Shown here: piece after piece, positions 14,798 to 23,800 of the stretch
Position numbering within the stretch: the first letter of the stretch is position 1
How the letters are laid out: every line of letters begins with the position of its first letter
Notes under the pieces: model-generated
Databases searched by the model: none
Told to the model about the DNA's origin: nothing
The model's input: only the letters and a program-made list of their open reading frames with translations
Source of the DNA: Chloroflexota bacterium
GTDB taxonomy: Bacteria; Chloroflexota; Dehalococcoidia; DSTF01; JACRBR01
Assembly: GCA_025355835.1 (NCBI GenBank)
Contig: JANXYW010000301.1
Span: forward strand, 1-24,000
Direction of reading: 5' to 3'
Length of the DNA stretch: 24,000 nucleotides
Position numbers and translations under genes: made by a program

Positions 14798-16062
14798 CGC
14801 GCTCCCTTCCGGTCCGTCGCGCGTTCCAGCCACGTACGCGCCTCGCCGCGCTGCTTCTTGCTCGATGTCTTGCGCGCGGGCCGCACGATCTTGTCTGAGC
14901 CATCGACCGCTTGCGGCCGCTGCCCGACCGATTTCGCATCAACGCCGAATCGCGACACGCTGAGCAGAATGCCAACGCCGGCCATCATCGCCAGCAGCGC
15001 CGAACCGCCATAGCTGAGGAACGGCAGCGGGATGCCCGTCAGCGGCAGCGTGCGCGTGATGCCGCCGATGTTGATCAGCGTCTGAAATCCGATCCACGAG
15101 ACGATGCCGACGGCGAGCAGCGAGCCGAAATCGTCGCGCGCTCGGAAGACGACGCGGAAGCCGCGGATGAGCAGCACCGCGAACAGCAATAGTACGACGG
15201 CGCAGCCGATGAACCCCAACTCCTCGCCGATGATCGCGAAGATGCCGTCGGTGTGCGCGCCCGGCACGTAGAAGAACTTCTGCCGGCTCGCGCCCAGGCC
15301 GAGCCCGTGAGCGCCGCCGCTGCCGAGCGCGATCAGCAGTTGCAATGTCTGAAAGCCGCGCCCGCTCGGATCGTCTTCAGCGCTGATGAATGCGAAGATG
15401 CGGTCGGTGCGGTACCCGCCCGTCAGGATCAGCATCGACGCCGCGACGCCGCCGACACCGCCGAACGCCGCGAGGTGCGTGAGCGATGCGCCGGCGACGA
15501 ACACCAGTGTTCCCGTCGTGAGCACCACCACCATGGTGGTGCCGAGATCCGGTTCGAGCATGATCAAGCCGGCCGCGATGCCGACGAGCACGACGAATGG
15601 CACGAACCCCGTCCAAAGGTCCTTCACATTCTCACCGCGCCCGGCCAGCCACGCCGACACGTAGATGATCAGCGCCAGCTTGGCGAACTCGCTCGGCTGC
15701 AGTGGCGGAATCGGTCCGCCGATGCGGATCCAGCGCGTTGCGCCGTTGCTCTCCACCCCGATGCCCGGAACAAGCACCGCCGCCAGGCTCAGTAGTGCGC
15801 CGAGCATCAGCACCGGGCTGATCACGCGCAGCTGGCGATAATCGCTCTTCATCAGCACCCACATCACCACCGCGCCGACGATCGCGAACATCACCTGACG
15901 CAGCAGAAAGTAGTTGGCGTCGCCGAACTCCAGCAACCCTAGCGCAAAGCTCGAGCTGTAGACCGCGACCACACCCATCACAACGAGCACGCCGACCGAG
16001 ATCATGATCACGTAGTCGGGTCCGCTCGTCCGCAGTCGAGAAGGATGCGCCGTGATGCCCAT
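14794..16062 (-). CDS. ftsW: SEDS-family peptidoglycan glycosyltransferase FtsW (422 aa)
   Basis: Polytopic membrane protein with LQPSEFAKLALII and LPLTGIPLPFLSYGGSALL. ATG 16062 shares one nt with the murD TGA (TGATG), with AGGAGGGG upstream. Confidence 0.93.
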   Translation of the reverse strand: MGITAHPSRLRTSGPDYVIMISVGVLVVMGVVAVYSSSFALGLLEFGDANYFLLRQVMFAIVGAVVMWVLMKSDYRQLRVISPVLMLGALLSLAAVLVPGIGVESNGATRWIRIGGPIPPLQPSEFAKLALIIYVSAWLAGRGENVKDLWTGFVPFVVLVGIAAGLIMLEPDLGTTMVVVLTTGTLVFVAGASLTHLAAFGGVGGVAASMLILTGGYRTDRIFAFISAEDDPSGRGFQTLQLLIALGSGGAHGLGLGASRQKFFYVPGAHTDGIFAIIGEELGFIGCAVVLLLFAVLLIRGFRVVFRARDDFGSLLAVGIVSWIGFQTLINIGGITRTLPLTGIPLPFLSYGGSALLAMMAGVGILLSVSRFGVDAKSVGQRPQAVDGSDKIVRPARKTSSKKQRGEARTWLERATDRKGAR

Positions 16063-17492
16063 CAGCGCCCCTCCTGACCCGGACCGCGGGCATTCAGCCC
16101 GTGTTCCATGTCGCGAACCAGCCGCCGGAACTCTTCGCCGCGAGCCTCGAAGTTCGCGTATGCATCGAAGCTCGTACATGCGGGCGAGAGCAGCACGACG
16201 TCGCCCGCGCTTGCCATGGCGTGCGCTTTGGCAACTGCTTCGGCCAGCGTTGCGACGCGCGCCATCTGCGGCCGCTCGTCTTGCGATACCAATGCCGCGT
16301 TCGCCTCGACCGCCGCTTCAAACAGCGCGCCGTCCGCGCCAAAGAACACGATGGCCACGCAGCGCCGCAGCGCTTCCTGTGCCAGCTCGTCCAGCGGCAG
16401 ATTCTTGTCTTTGCCACCCAGCAGCAGCACGATCGGCTCGTCGAACGAACGGATGCCTGCGAGCGTGCGCTCCGGCGTCGTCGCGATGCTGTCGTTGACG
16501 TAACGCACGCCATCGACTTCGCCGACGACCTCCAACCGATGCGCTACGCCCTGGAACGAGCGGATCGCCAGCGCAATCGCATCGACAGATACGCCGGCAG
16601 CGGCGGCGATCGCCGTCGCGGCGAGCACGTTCGCGACGTTGTGCATGCCCCGCAGCGGAATCTCGTCGAGCGGAAGCACCATCGTCTCGATGCTGTCGTG
16701 GCGCAGGAAGACGGCTCGATCCTGCACGAAGGCGCCGTTTCCGGGCACCCGGTCACCCAGCGTGAAGAACGAGGCTGCGGCCGGCGTGAGGTCAGCCATG
16801 CCGGCACTCAGCGGGTCGTCGAAGTTCAGAACGACATAATCGCCGGGGGTCTGGTATTGCACGAGCTTCTGCTTCAGCGCGACATACGCGTCCCACGAGA
16901 ACTGATCGAGGTGGTTCGGTGTCACGTTCAAGACGGCCGCGATGTGCGGGCTGCGGTCGACGAGCTGGAGCTGCGTGTGGCTGATTTCCATAACGGTCCA
17001 CGTGCGCTCGTCGATGCCGTCCAACAGCCCTAGCAGGCCGGTGCCGATGTTGCCGCCAACGCGATACGCGCGGCCGTCCGCGGCCATCATCGCCGCCACG
17101 AGGCTGGTCGTCGTCGTCTTGCCACTGCTGCCAGTGATGCCGATCGTAGGCCCCGGGCAGTGTTCGAGGAAGTAGCGGGTCATCGAGCTGACGGGTACGC
17201 CGCGCTCGCGCGCAGCTTCGAACGCGGCGAGGGTGAGGGGCACGGACTGGGAAGCGAAGATGATATCGCTCTGGGCGATGTCCTCAACGCGCTGCGGCCG
17301 GCCAAGTGCGTATTCGATAGGTAGGCCCTCGAGCTGCGTCATGCGCTCGGTGAGGGCAGCGGGAGATTTGGAATCGAAAACCGTGACAGTCGCGCCGTGC
17401 GTCGCCGCATATCGCGCTACATCCACGCCTTCGATGCCGAGACCGATCACGGTCACCCGTTTCCCCACCAGGAAGTCTCGCTCACCTGTCAT
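16062..17492 (-). CDS. murD: UDP-N-acetylmuramoylalanine--D-glutamate ligase MurD (476 aa)
   Basis: VTVIGLGIEGV Rossmann-like N-terminus and GITGSSGKTTTTSL P-loop. Conserved position between mraY and ftsW. Confidence 0.95.
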   Translation of the reverse strand: MTGERDFLVGKRVTVIGLGIEGVDVARYAATHGATVTVFDSKSPAALTERMTQLEGLPIEYALGRPQRVEDIAQSDIIFASQSVPLTLAAFEAARERGVPVSSMTRYFLEHCPGPTIGITGSSGKTTTTSLVAAMMAADGRAYRVGGNIGTGLLGLLDGIDERTWTVMEISHTQLQLVDRSPHIAAVLNVTPNHLDQFSWDAYVALKQKLVQYQTPGDYVVLNFDDPLSAGMADLTPAAASFFTLGDRVPGNGAFVQDRAVFLRHDSIETMVLPLDEIPLRGMHNVANVLAATAIAAAAGVSVDAIALAIRSFQGVAHRLEVVGEVDGVRYVNDSIATTPERTLAGIRSFDEPIVLLLGGKDKNLPLDELAQEALRRCVAIVFFGADGALFEAAVEANAALVSQDERPQMARVATLAEAVAKAHAMASAGDVVLLSPACTSFDAYANFEARGEEFRRLVRDMEHGLNARGPGQEGR

Positions 17493-17542
17493 ATCACGTT
17501 ATCAATTCCTTGTCAAGCAATGCGAACCGCATTTCGAAGCCG

Positions 17543-18511
17543 TCACCACGCCGCCAGCGCCACACCGATCATCGCGCCGACCACGCCCAGCGCGATGAAC
17601 CGCGCCGTCACGGTCGTCTCGTGCCAGCCAAGCTTTTCGAAGTGATGGTGGATCGGCGCCATCAAGAACACGCGCTTGCCGCGCAGCCGGAACGAGCCGA
17701 TCTGGATCACGTCCGCCGCGATATTCATGACGAACACGACGCCAATGACAGGGATCAGCAGCCACCAACCCGTCATCAGCGCGACGACAGCCAGCGACCC
17801 GCCAAGGGCGATTGAGCCTGTATCGCCCATGAAGATCCGCGCCGGGTACGTGTTCCAATAGAGGAAGCCCAACAGCGCGCCCACCGTCACGAAACAGAAC
17901 GTCGCGACGCCCGTCTGGTGCTGCATCAACGCGATCGTACCGAACGCGGCGAACGCTACCGCCGACGTGCCGCCGCACAGCATGTCCAGCCCGTCCGTCA
18001 CGCCCACCGCGCTCGTCGTCGCGATGATCACGAATGCGGCGATGATGATGTACGCCGGCCCGATGTCGTACGCGCCGAGGTGGTGCGGCACCAGAAGCAG
18101 TGGTGCGTCGAAGCGGTCGTACAACACCCACGAAGCGATGAGCCCCACAGCCGCATAGCCGATCAGTTTGAGAATCATGCTCTTGCGGTCGTGCGCCTCG
18201 CGCTGCTCGCGATCGACCAACGTGCCGAGATCGTCGTAGAAGCCGATCGCGCAGAGCACGAGCATCACGACGAGTGGCAGCCATACGTCGCTGTCTTTCG
18301 GTATTGCGGCGATCAATGTGAACGCGGCGCTGACGCCGACGATCAGCAGTCCGCCGAGTGTCGGCGTTCCCGCTTTCGAAAGATGCGACTCCGGCCCGTC
18401 GGTGCTGATCGCCTTGCCGATCTTCCGCTCTCGCAGAAACGACACGAACGGCCCGCCGATCACGGCCGATGCGATCGCGGCGAGACAACCGAAGAGCAGC
18501 GCGTACGTCAC
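17543..18511 (-). CDS. mraY: Phospho-N-acetylmuramoyl-pentapeptide transferase MraY (322 aa, GTG start)
   Basis: KAGTPTLGG, FYDDL, YPARIFMGDTGSIALGG, APIHHHFE. GTG 18511 overlaps the murF TGA (GTGA), with GGAGG 7 nt upstream. Confidence 0.95.
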   Translation of the reverse strand: MTYALLFGCLAAIASAVIGGPFVSFLRERKIGKAISTDGPESHLSKAGTPTLGGLLIVGVSAAFTLIAAIPKDSDVWLPLVVMLVLCAIGFYDDLGTLVDREQREAHDRKSMILKLIGYAAVGLIASWVLYDRFDAPLLLVPHHLGAYDIGPAYIIIAAFVIIATTSAVGVTDGLDMLCGGTSAVAFAAFGTIALMQHQTGVATFCFVTVGALLGFLYWNTYPARIFMGDTGSIALGGSLAVVALMTGWWLLIPVIGVVFVMNIAADVIQIGSFRLRGKRVFLMAPIHHHFEKLGWHETTVTARFIALGVVGAMIGVALAAW

Positions 18512-19869
18512 GCTTCGACCTCCAACTCGCGCACGACCGTTTCCAGCGCCAGCGCGCGCGATCCCTTCACCAGCACGACGTCGCCCGGCGCGAGTTGCGG
18601 CAACAGCGCCGCTGCGATCTCCGACTTATCCATCACAATATGTACGTCGCCGTGCCCCGCTTGAAATGCCGCATCGCCGATCCAACGCCCCAGGTCGCCG
18701 ACTGCGAAGATCACGTCGGCGATCTCGGCGGCGCGCCGGCCGATCTGTATGTGGCCGTCGTGACCGGCGTCGCCTAGTTCGCGCATATCTCCCAGCACTG
18801 CAAATTTGCGTCCTGCTACCTCGCCCAGCAGGTCTAGCGCCGCCCGCATCGAATCCGGACTCGCGTTGTACGTGTCGTCGATGATCGTCGAGCCGTTGAA
18901 GCCGTGATGCGCGTTGAGCCGCGTCGGGATCTGCGTCTCGGTCAGCGCTTCGGCGATGTCATCGAGAGCAATGCCGTCCATCAGCCCGGCGGCCGCCGCC
19001 GCGAGCGCGTTGTGCACCATCGCCCGCCCCGGCAGCCGTGAATACACGGCCGCGCGATCGCCCTCGTGCACCAGCGTGAAGCGCACCCCGGCAAGGCCGC
19101 GACTGTCGATGTCTTCTGCGCGCACATCCGCCTCGGCGGAGATGCCGTACGTGGTCACGTTGGCGTTCGTCCGCTCGGCGAGCGCCGCAACGCGCGGGTC
19201 ATCGATGTTGAGGATCGCATCGCCGTCGGCCGGCAGCGCCTCCACCAGCTCCGCTTTCGCGTCAGCGATCGCTTCGATGCTCCCCAGCCGCTCCATGTGC
19301 GATGGCCCAATGTTCGTCACGATGCCTGTGTTCGGCTGCGCGATGTCGCACAGCAATGCGATCTCGCCGCGCGCCCACATCCCCATCTCCAGCACCGCGC
19401 GATTGTGCTTGCGCGTCGCCTCCAGCAGCACCAGCGGCAGGCCGATCTCGCTGTTCAAGTTGCCTTCGTTCTTCAGCACGTGGTAGCTCACGTCCAGTAC
19501 GGCCGCCGTCAACTCTTTCGTCGTCGTCTTGCCGACGCTACCCGTCACGGCGATCACGCGTAGCCGCGGCCGGGATGTCCGTCGCAGCCGCGCCAGATCT
19601 TGCAGCGCCAGCAGCGCGTGTGGCACGACGTACTGCGCGATATCAGCGTCCACCGCGCGCTCGACGATCGCCGCGGCCGCGCCCCGCTGTGCGGCATCGC
19701 TCACGTAGTCGTGGCCGTCGACGTTGTCGCCCTTCAGTGCCACGAAGATGTCGCCGCGCCCCGCCTTGCGCGAATCGACGACGGCGTGGCGAAACCGCAT
19801 CGGCCCGACAGAGGGCGCGCGGATCAACGCGGGGCGAAGTGCGGTGGCGAGTTCTTTCGCGGTGATCAT
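18508..19869 (-). CDS. murF: UDP-N-acetylmuramoyl-tripeptide--D-alanyl-D-alanine ligase MurF (453 aa)
   Basis: MITAKELATAL...DSRKAGRGDIFVALKGDNVDGHDYV, AVTGSVGKTTTKE, DTYNASPDSM. The ATG at 19869 matches usual MurF N-termini. The ORF-track TTG at 19968 adds an Arg-rich, non-conserved-looking 33 aa. Confidence 0.92.
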   Translation of the reverse strand: MITAKELATALRPALIRAPSVGPMRFRHAVVDSRKAGRGDIFVALKGDNVDGHDYVSDAAQRGAAAAIVERAVDADIAQYVVPHALLALQDLARLRRTSRPRLRVIAVTGSVGKTTTKELTAAVLDVSYHVLKNEGNLNSEIGLPLVLLEATRKHNRAVLEMGMWARGEIALLCDIAQPNTGIVTNIGPSHMERLGSIEAIADAKAELVEALPADGDAILNIDDPRVAALAERTNANVTTYGISAEADVRAEDIDSRGLAGVRFTLVHEGDRAAVYSRLPGRAMVHNALAAAAAGLMDGIALDDIAEALTETQIPTRLNAHHGFNGSTIIDDTYNASPDSMRAALDLLGEVAGRKFAVLGDMRELGDAGHDGHIQIGRRAAEIADVIFAVGDLGRWIGDAAFQAGHGDVHIVMDKSEIAAALLPQLAPGDVVLVKGSRALALETVVRELEVEA

Positions 19870-20012
19870 GTGCGGTGCCGGCCTGCCAGCGGCATCGTGT
19901 GGTGCGGAAGCCGCACCCTCATGAACTTGTCTGCGTCGACGACTGCTCGTGCCGCGACTGCGCCGCAACGGGCGCCGTCATGGCGTCGATCCGTATGTGC
20001 GCGCGGCGTTCG

Positions 20013-21746
20013 CTACGGCCCCGTCGCGACGAGCTGCGGGCCGTCCGGCTTCACGCCGAGGTATGCGAGGATGCTGGGCGCGAGGTCTGCGAACACCGGC
20101 GCCGAGACCTGGCCGCCAAGCCGGTCCTCTTTGAAGTCGAGCTTCACCAGCACGATCATCTTCGGGTCGGCTACCGGCGCAAAGCCGATGAAGGAAGCGA
20201 CGTTGCCGTCATGCACGGCGCCGTCCGCCAGCGTGGCGCCCGTCGTCGTGCCGGTCTTGCCGGCGACGTGATAGCCCTTGATCGCCGCCAGATGGCCTGG
20301 ATTGCCCTCGACCACCTGATTCATCATATCGGTTACCGTCGCCGCCGTTTGCTGGCTCATCACCTGTCGCACGACGACGGGGCTGAACGCGCGCGCGCCT
20401 TCCGGCGTCTCCATCTCCTGCACCACGTACGGCCGCATCAACTTGCCGCCGTTTGCTATCGACGAAATCGCCGTGATCACCTGCAGCGGCGTCGCCGCGA
20501 TGCCCTGGCCGAAGGCGTTCGTCGCGAGATCGACATCCGTCCACGCCGGGTCGGTGTTCGTGCGCACCAGCCCGTCCGGCTCGCCGCCCAGGCCGACATG
20601 CGTCGCCTCGCCGATGCCGAAGTTCCGCATGTAGCGATAGAACGCGTCCGGCCCAATCAGCCCGCTCATCCACACCGCGCCGGTGTTCAGGCTGCGCTGC
20701 AAGATCTGCGTCACCGATGTGATGCCGTTGACGCTGTAGTCCCAGTTGCGAATCGTCGATGGTCCGATGTACGCCGCGCCGGTGTCGTCGTACGTGCTCT
20801 CCGGTGTCACCAACCCCAAATCGATTGCCATCGATGCCGTCAGCGTCTTGAACACCGAACCGGGTTCGTACACGTCGGTCACCGCGCGGTCGCGGAAGAG
20901 CGCTTGATCCGGATGATTCAAGTCCAGCTGCGAGAGCTTGAAGCCAGGATTGCTCGCAACCGCAAGCAGCGCGCCCGTCTTCGGCGCCATCACGATGATC
21001 GAGCCGCCAAGCGCGCCGGTCTTGGCGATCTGCATCTCGAGTTCGCCCTCGACGAGGCGTTGGATGTAGCGGTCGATTGTCAGCTTGATGTCGCCGCCGG
21101 CCTTCGGCTCTTGGCCGATGCGCTCGGCGCCCAGCGAGAGCTTGTTGCCGATGCTGTCGCGCTCGAAGTAGATCGTGCCCGGGATGCCGCCCAGTTCGCG
21201 CTCGAAGTCGTGCTCGACCCCCGTCAATCCCGAGTGATCGCGCCCGACGAACCCCAGCAACGTCGATGCGAGATCGCCCTCCGGATAGAAGCGCTTCGTC
21301 GTCTGCACCATCCGCAAGCCAGGGGCGTCCGTGTTGTGCACTGTAGAGCCCTTCGCGAAGTCCAGACCCGCGTACGCCAGGTAGATGCCCTTGTTTTCTT
21401 TGCGTACTTCGTTCACCAGATCGTCGGGCTTCTGGCCAATCAGCGGCCCGATCGTCGCGGCGGCCTTGCGCGCATCATCCAGGCTCTGCCAGTCCGCGCG
21501 ATTGATGAACACATCGAACGCGTCGACCGTCGTCGCCAGCGGATAGCCGTTGCGATCGAGGATCGCGCCGCGCGCCGCGCGCACTTCCTGTTGGCCGAAG
21601 TGTTCGTTGTTCGCCACGGCGCGGTAGTGGTCGGCGTGCATCAGCTGTACATACGCAATGCGCGCGGTCAGCGCCGCGCCGCCCAGCGCGAAGATCGCGG
21701 CGAGCGTCCACAGACGCCGATTCATCCGCCCGCGCTGTCCGAACAT
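20013..21746 (-). CDS. ftsI: Class B penicillin-binding protein / peptidoglycan D,D-transpeptidase FtsI (577 aa)
   Basis: N-terminal TM anchor. Transpeptidase motifs SVFK, SLN and KTGT appear in the canonical order. Confidence 0.93.
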   Translation of the reverse strand: MFGQRGRMNRRLWTLAAIFALGGAALTARIAYVQLMHADHYRAVANNEHFGQQEVRAARGAILDRNGYPLATTVDAFDVFINRADWQSLDDARKAAATIGPLIGQKPDDLVNEVRKENKGIYLAYAGLDFAKGSTVHNTDAPGLRMVQTTKRFYPEGDLASTLLGFVGRDHSGLTGVEHDFERELGGIPGTIYFERDSIGNKLSLGAERIGQEPKAGGDIKLTIDRYIQRLVEGELEMQIAKTGALGGSIIVMAPKTGALLAVASNPGFKLSQLDLNHPDQALFRDRAVTDVYEPGSVFKTLTASMAIDLGLVTPESTYDDTGAAYIGPSTIRNWDYSVNGITSVTQILQRSLNTGAVWMSGLIGPDAFYRYMRNFGIGEATHVGLGGEPDGLVRTNTDPAWTDVDLATNAFGQGIAATPLQVITAISSIANGGKLMRPYVVQEMETPEGARAFSPVVVRQVMSQQTAATVTDMMNQVVEGNPGHLAAIKGYHVAGKTGTTTGATLADGAVHDGNVASFIGFAPVADPKMIVLVKLDFKEDRLGGQVSAPVFADLAPSILAYLGVKPDGPQLVATGP

Positions 21747-21780
21747 CTACACCCTCACCACGCGCGAGACATCTCGCTCA

Positions 21781-22215
21781 CTAGAAAAACGGCAACGACT
21801 TGAGCAGGCGCTTCCATAACGGATCTCCCGCCTGTCCCGCCAGCGCGGGCTCCGGCGGCAGGAAGCGCGTCGGCAATGTCTGCCGGTCCGGCACGCTGTG
21901 GTTCACCGTCAGGTACAACTTCTGCTGCGCCGGCTCCAAATGCAGCCGCGTGCGCGATTCCCAATCGACCCGCGCCAACGACGAGAGCTGCGCTACTTCG
22001 GCCTCTAACGCGTGATTCGCCGCTTCGCGATTGGCGCGCTGCTTGTTCAAATCGTTGATCTGGTAGCCCGTGCTCGTCAGCCGGCTGAACTGGTTCACTT
22101 GAAATCCCGCGGCAATGATCACGAGCGCGATCGCGCCGACAAGCATCAGTTTTCCCGTGCGCGGCCTCCGGAGAAGGCGAGGTGCCGCAAGAGCCGGCCG
22201 GTGAAGCGCCGCCAT
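21781..22215 (-). CDS. ftsL: FtsL-like cell division protein (144 aa; single TM plus coiled-coil-like segment)
   Basis: TM segment LMLVGAIALVIIAAGF followed by the heptad-like INDLNKQRANREAANHALEAEVAQL. Conserved slot between rsmH and ftsI. TAGGAGG lies 5 nt upstream of the ATG. Assignment rests on position and architecture, not sequence identity. Confidence 0.65.
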   Translation of the reverse strand: MAALHRPALAAPRLLRRPRTGKLMLVGAIALVIIAAGFQVNQFSRLTSTGYQINDLNKQRANREAANHALEAEVAQLSSLARVDWESRTRLHLEPAQQKLYLTVNHSVPDRQTLPTRFLPPEPALAGQAGDPLWKRLLKSLPFF

Positions 22216-22224
22216 CAGCGCCTC

Positions 22225-23160
22225 CTATGCCGCGTATTCGGTGATACGCTCTGCGGCCCGCAACTTCGCACTCCGCGCGCGCGGGTTCGCCGCGATCTCG
22301 CTGAGCGTCGGCTTCAGTGCGCCCTTCGTAACGGGACGCAGCGTCGCCTTGTGCTCGCACCGGCACTCCGGCAGTCCCGGAGGGCAGATGCAGTCCCGCG
22401 ATTCGCGGCGGATGTACTCCTTCACGATGCGGTCCTCCAGCGAGTGGTAACTGAGCACGGCAAGCCGTGCCCCAAAGCCGAGCAGGCCGTGGGCCTGAGG
22501 AAGTGCGGTGGTTAGCGAAGCTAACTCTTGATTGACCGCAATGCGGAGAGCTTGAAACGTCCTGGTGGCGGGGTGGGTGTTCACCTGTGCTCTCCTACCC
22601 ACGGCCTGCTCGACGGCTTTGGCTAATTCAGCGGTCGTCCGTAGCGGACGGCTCGCAACGATCCGGCGGGCGATCCTGCGGCTCGCCGGGTCCTCTCCAT
22701 ATTGAAAGATCAGGTCGGCCAACTCGGCCTCGCTGTACGTGTTGACGATCTCCTCGGCGGTGATCCCGTCTCCGCCGAAGCGCATGTCCAATGGCGTGTC
22801 GCTCCGGAAGCTGAATCCATCTCCTTCGGCCAGCTGATACGACGAAAGCCCCAGATCCATCAGCACACCGTTCACGGGAGCGAACTCCAGCTGACGACAG
22901 ATGTCGCCGACATCGCGGAAGTTGCCCTGCAAGTACTTGGCGGCGCCCTCGAAGGGAGCCAGCCGTGCCTTCGCCCGCTCGATTGCGGAGGCGTCGGCAT
23001 CGATGCCCAGAAGCGTGCCGCCCGGCTGTGCTCGCTCCAGAATTGCCTCCGCGTGCCCGGCGCCTCCGAGCGTGCAATCGACATAACGTCCACCTGGCCG
23101 CACATCGAGTGCGTCCAGCACTTCGTTCAGCATCACCGGAATGTGCGTCACACTCGACAT
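22225..23160 (-). CDS. rsmH: 16S rRNA (cytosine1402-N4)-methyltransferase RsmH/MraW (311 aa)
   Basis: HIPVMLNEVL, DCTLGGAGH, DLGLSSYQL, SYHSLEDRIVK. The ATG lies 2 nt after the mraZ TAG. The 483-aa ORF-track form reads through mraZ out of frame. Confidence 0.95.
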   Translation of the reverse strand: MSSVTHIPVMLNEVLDALDVRPGGRYVDCTLGGAGHAEAILERAQPGGTLLGIDADASAIERAKARLAPFEGAAKYLQGNFRDVGDICRQLEFAPVNGVLMDLGLSSYQLAEGDGFSFRSDTPLDMRFGGDGITAEEIVNTYSEAELADLIFQYGEDPASRRIARRIVASRPLRTTAELAKAVEQAVGRRAQVNTHPATRTFQALRIAVNQELASLTTALPQAHGLLGFGARLAVLSYHSLEDRIVKEYIRRESRDCICPPGLPECRCEHKATLRPVTKGALKPTLSEIAANPRARSAKLRAAERITEYAA

Positions 23161-23162
23161 AA

Positions 23163-23600
23163 CTAACGCTGTCGCGGTTCGATCGACTCCAGCAAGGCCG
23201 GAAGCTGCTCGTCGACCCGCACCATTTCCGCTTCGTAGGAAGCTGGGGACCAGATCTCCAGATACTCGCCCGCGCCCACCACCAACACCTTGGCTGAAAG
23301 CCCGGCGAACTCGCGCAACGGCGCGGGAATGAGAATCCGATTCTGCTTGTCCAGCTCGGCGTGCAGCGAGCGGGAGAAGAACACTGCTCGCAGGTCGCGA
23401 CCAGCCCGTCGCACCGCCGATTCGGCCGTATATTCGGACGCCAGCGCCGTAAAGGCCGCTTCCGTATACAAGCGCAGGCACCGGTCCGGGGAACCCTGGC
23501 TGAGCACGATCCCATCCCGGAAGGCGTCGCGATAGCGTGGAGGGAGCGGAAGCCGTCCCCTCTCGTCCATCGCATAGTCGAAGGTTCCGAGGAATAACAC
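23163..23600 (-). CDS. mraZ: Transcriptional regulator MraZ (145 aa, GTG start)
   Basis: FLGTFDYAMDERGRLPLPPRYR and a second half-repeat DKQNRILIPAPLREFAGL (duplicated SpoVT/AbrB-type fold). First gene of the dcw cluster. Confidence 0.93.
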   Translation of the reverse strand: MLFLGTFDYAMDERGRLPLPPRYRDAFRDGIVLSQGSPDRCLRLYTEAAFTALASEYTAESAVRRAGRDLRAVFFSRSLHAELDKQNRILIPAPLREFAGLSAKVLVVGAGEYLEIWSPASYEAEMVRVDEQLPALLESIEPRQR

Positions 23601-23642
23601 TGGGTCGCGTGTCCTGCCGGGTGCTCATCGGGTCCATCCGTA

Positions 23643-23676
23643 GCCAGATTTCCCACGAACTCCCAGATTCTACCAC
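23643..23676 (-). promoter_or_regulatory. MraZ-operator-like phased repeats (GTGGT / CTGGG / GTGGG / CTGGC)
   Basis: The minus strand reads GTGGTagaatCTGGGagttcGTGGGaaatCTGGC. Three pentamers sit exactly 10 bp apart and the fourth 9 bp away. They overlap the -10 and the predicted start site. Confidence 0.6.
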
Positions 23677-23694
23677 TCATTGGTCTGATGTCAA
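23667..23694 (-). promoter_or_regulatory. dcw/mraZ promoter (-35 TTGACA, 16-nt spacer, extended -10 TGgTAGAAT)
   Basis: The minus strand reads TTGACA (23694-23689), tcagaccaatgagtgg, then TAGAAT (23672-23667). It lies ~65 nt upstream of the mraZ GTG. Confidence 0.65.
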
Positions 23695-23800
23695 GTGCTT
23701 ATGCAGATATTTTTCCCATAACTCACCATATTCAGACCCACACTATCGCAATGCCGCCAGACACCGGCATCCGACGCGCGCCGCCTGCTACGATTGCGAC

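Noticed and set aside
12318-23676. Long N-terminal extensions in the ORF track for ddl (to 12451), murC (to 13910), ftsW (to 16179), murF (to 19968) and rsmH (to 23676)
   Set aside because: Most of the extensions run inside the upstream gene in another frame; the murF one lies in the ftsI-murF spacer instead. All are Arg/Gly-rich junk. In each case a start with an SD and/or a 1-4-nt overlap gives the canonical conserved N-terminus.
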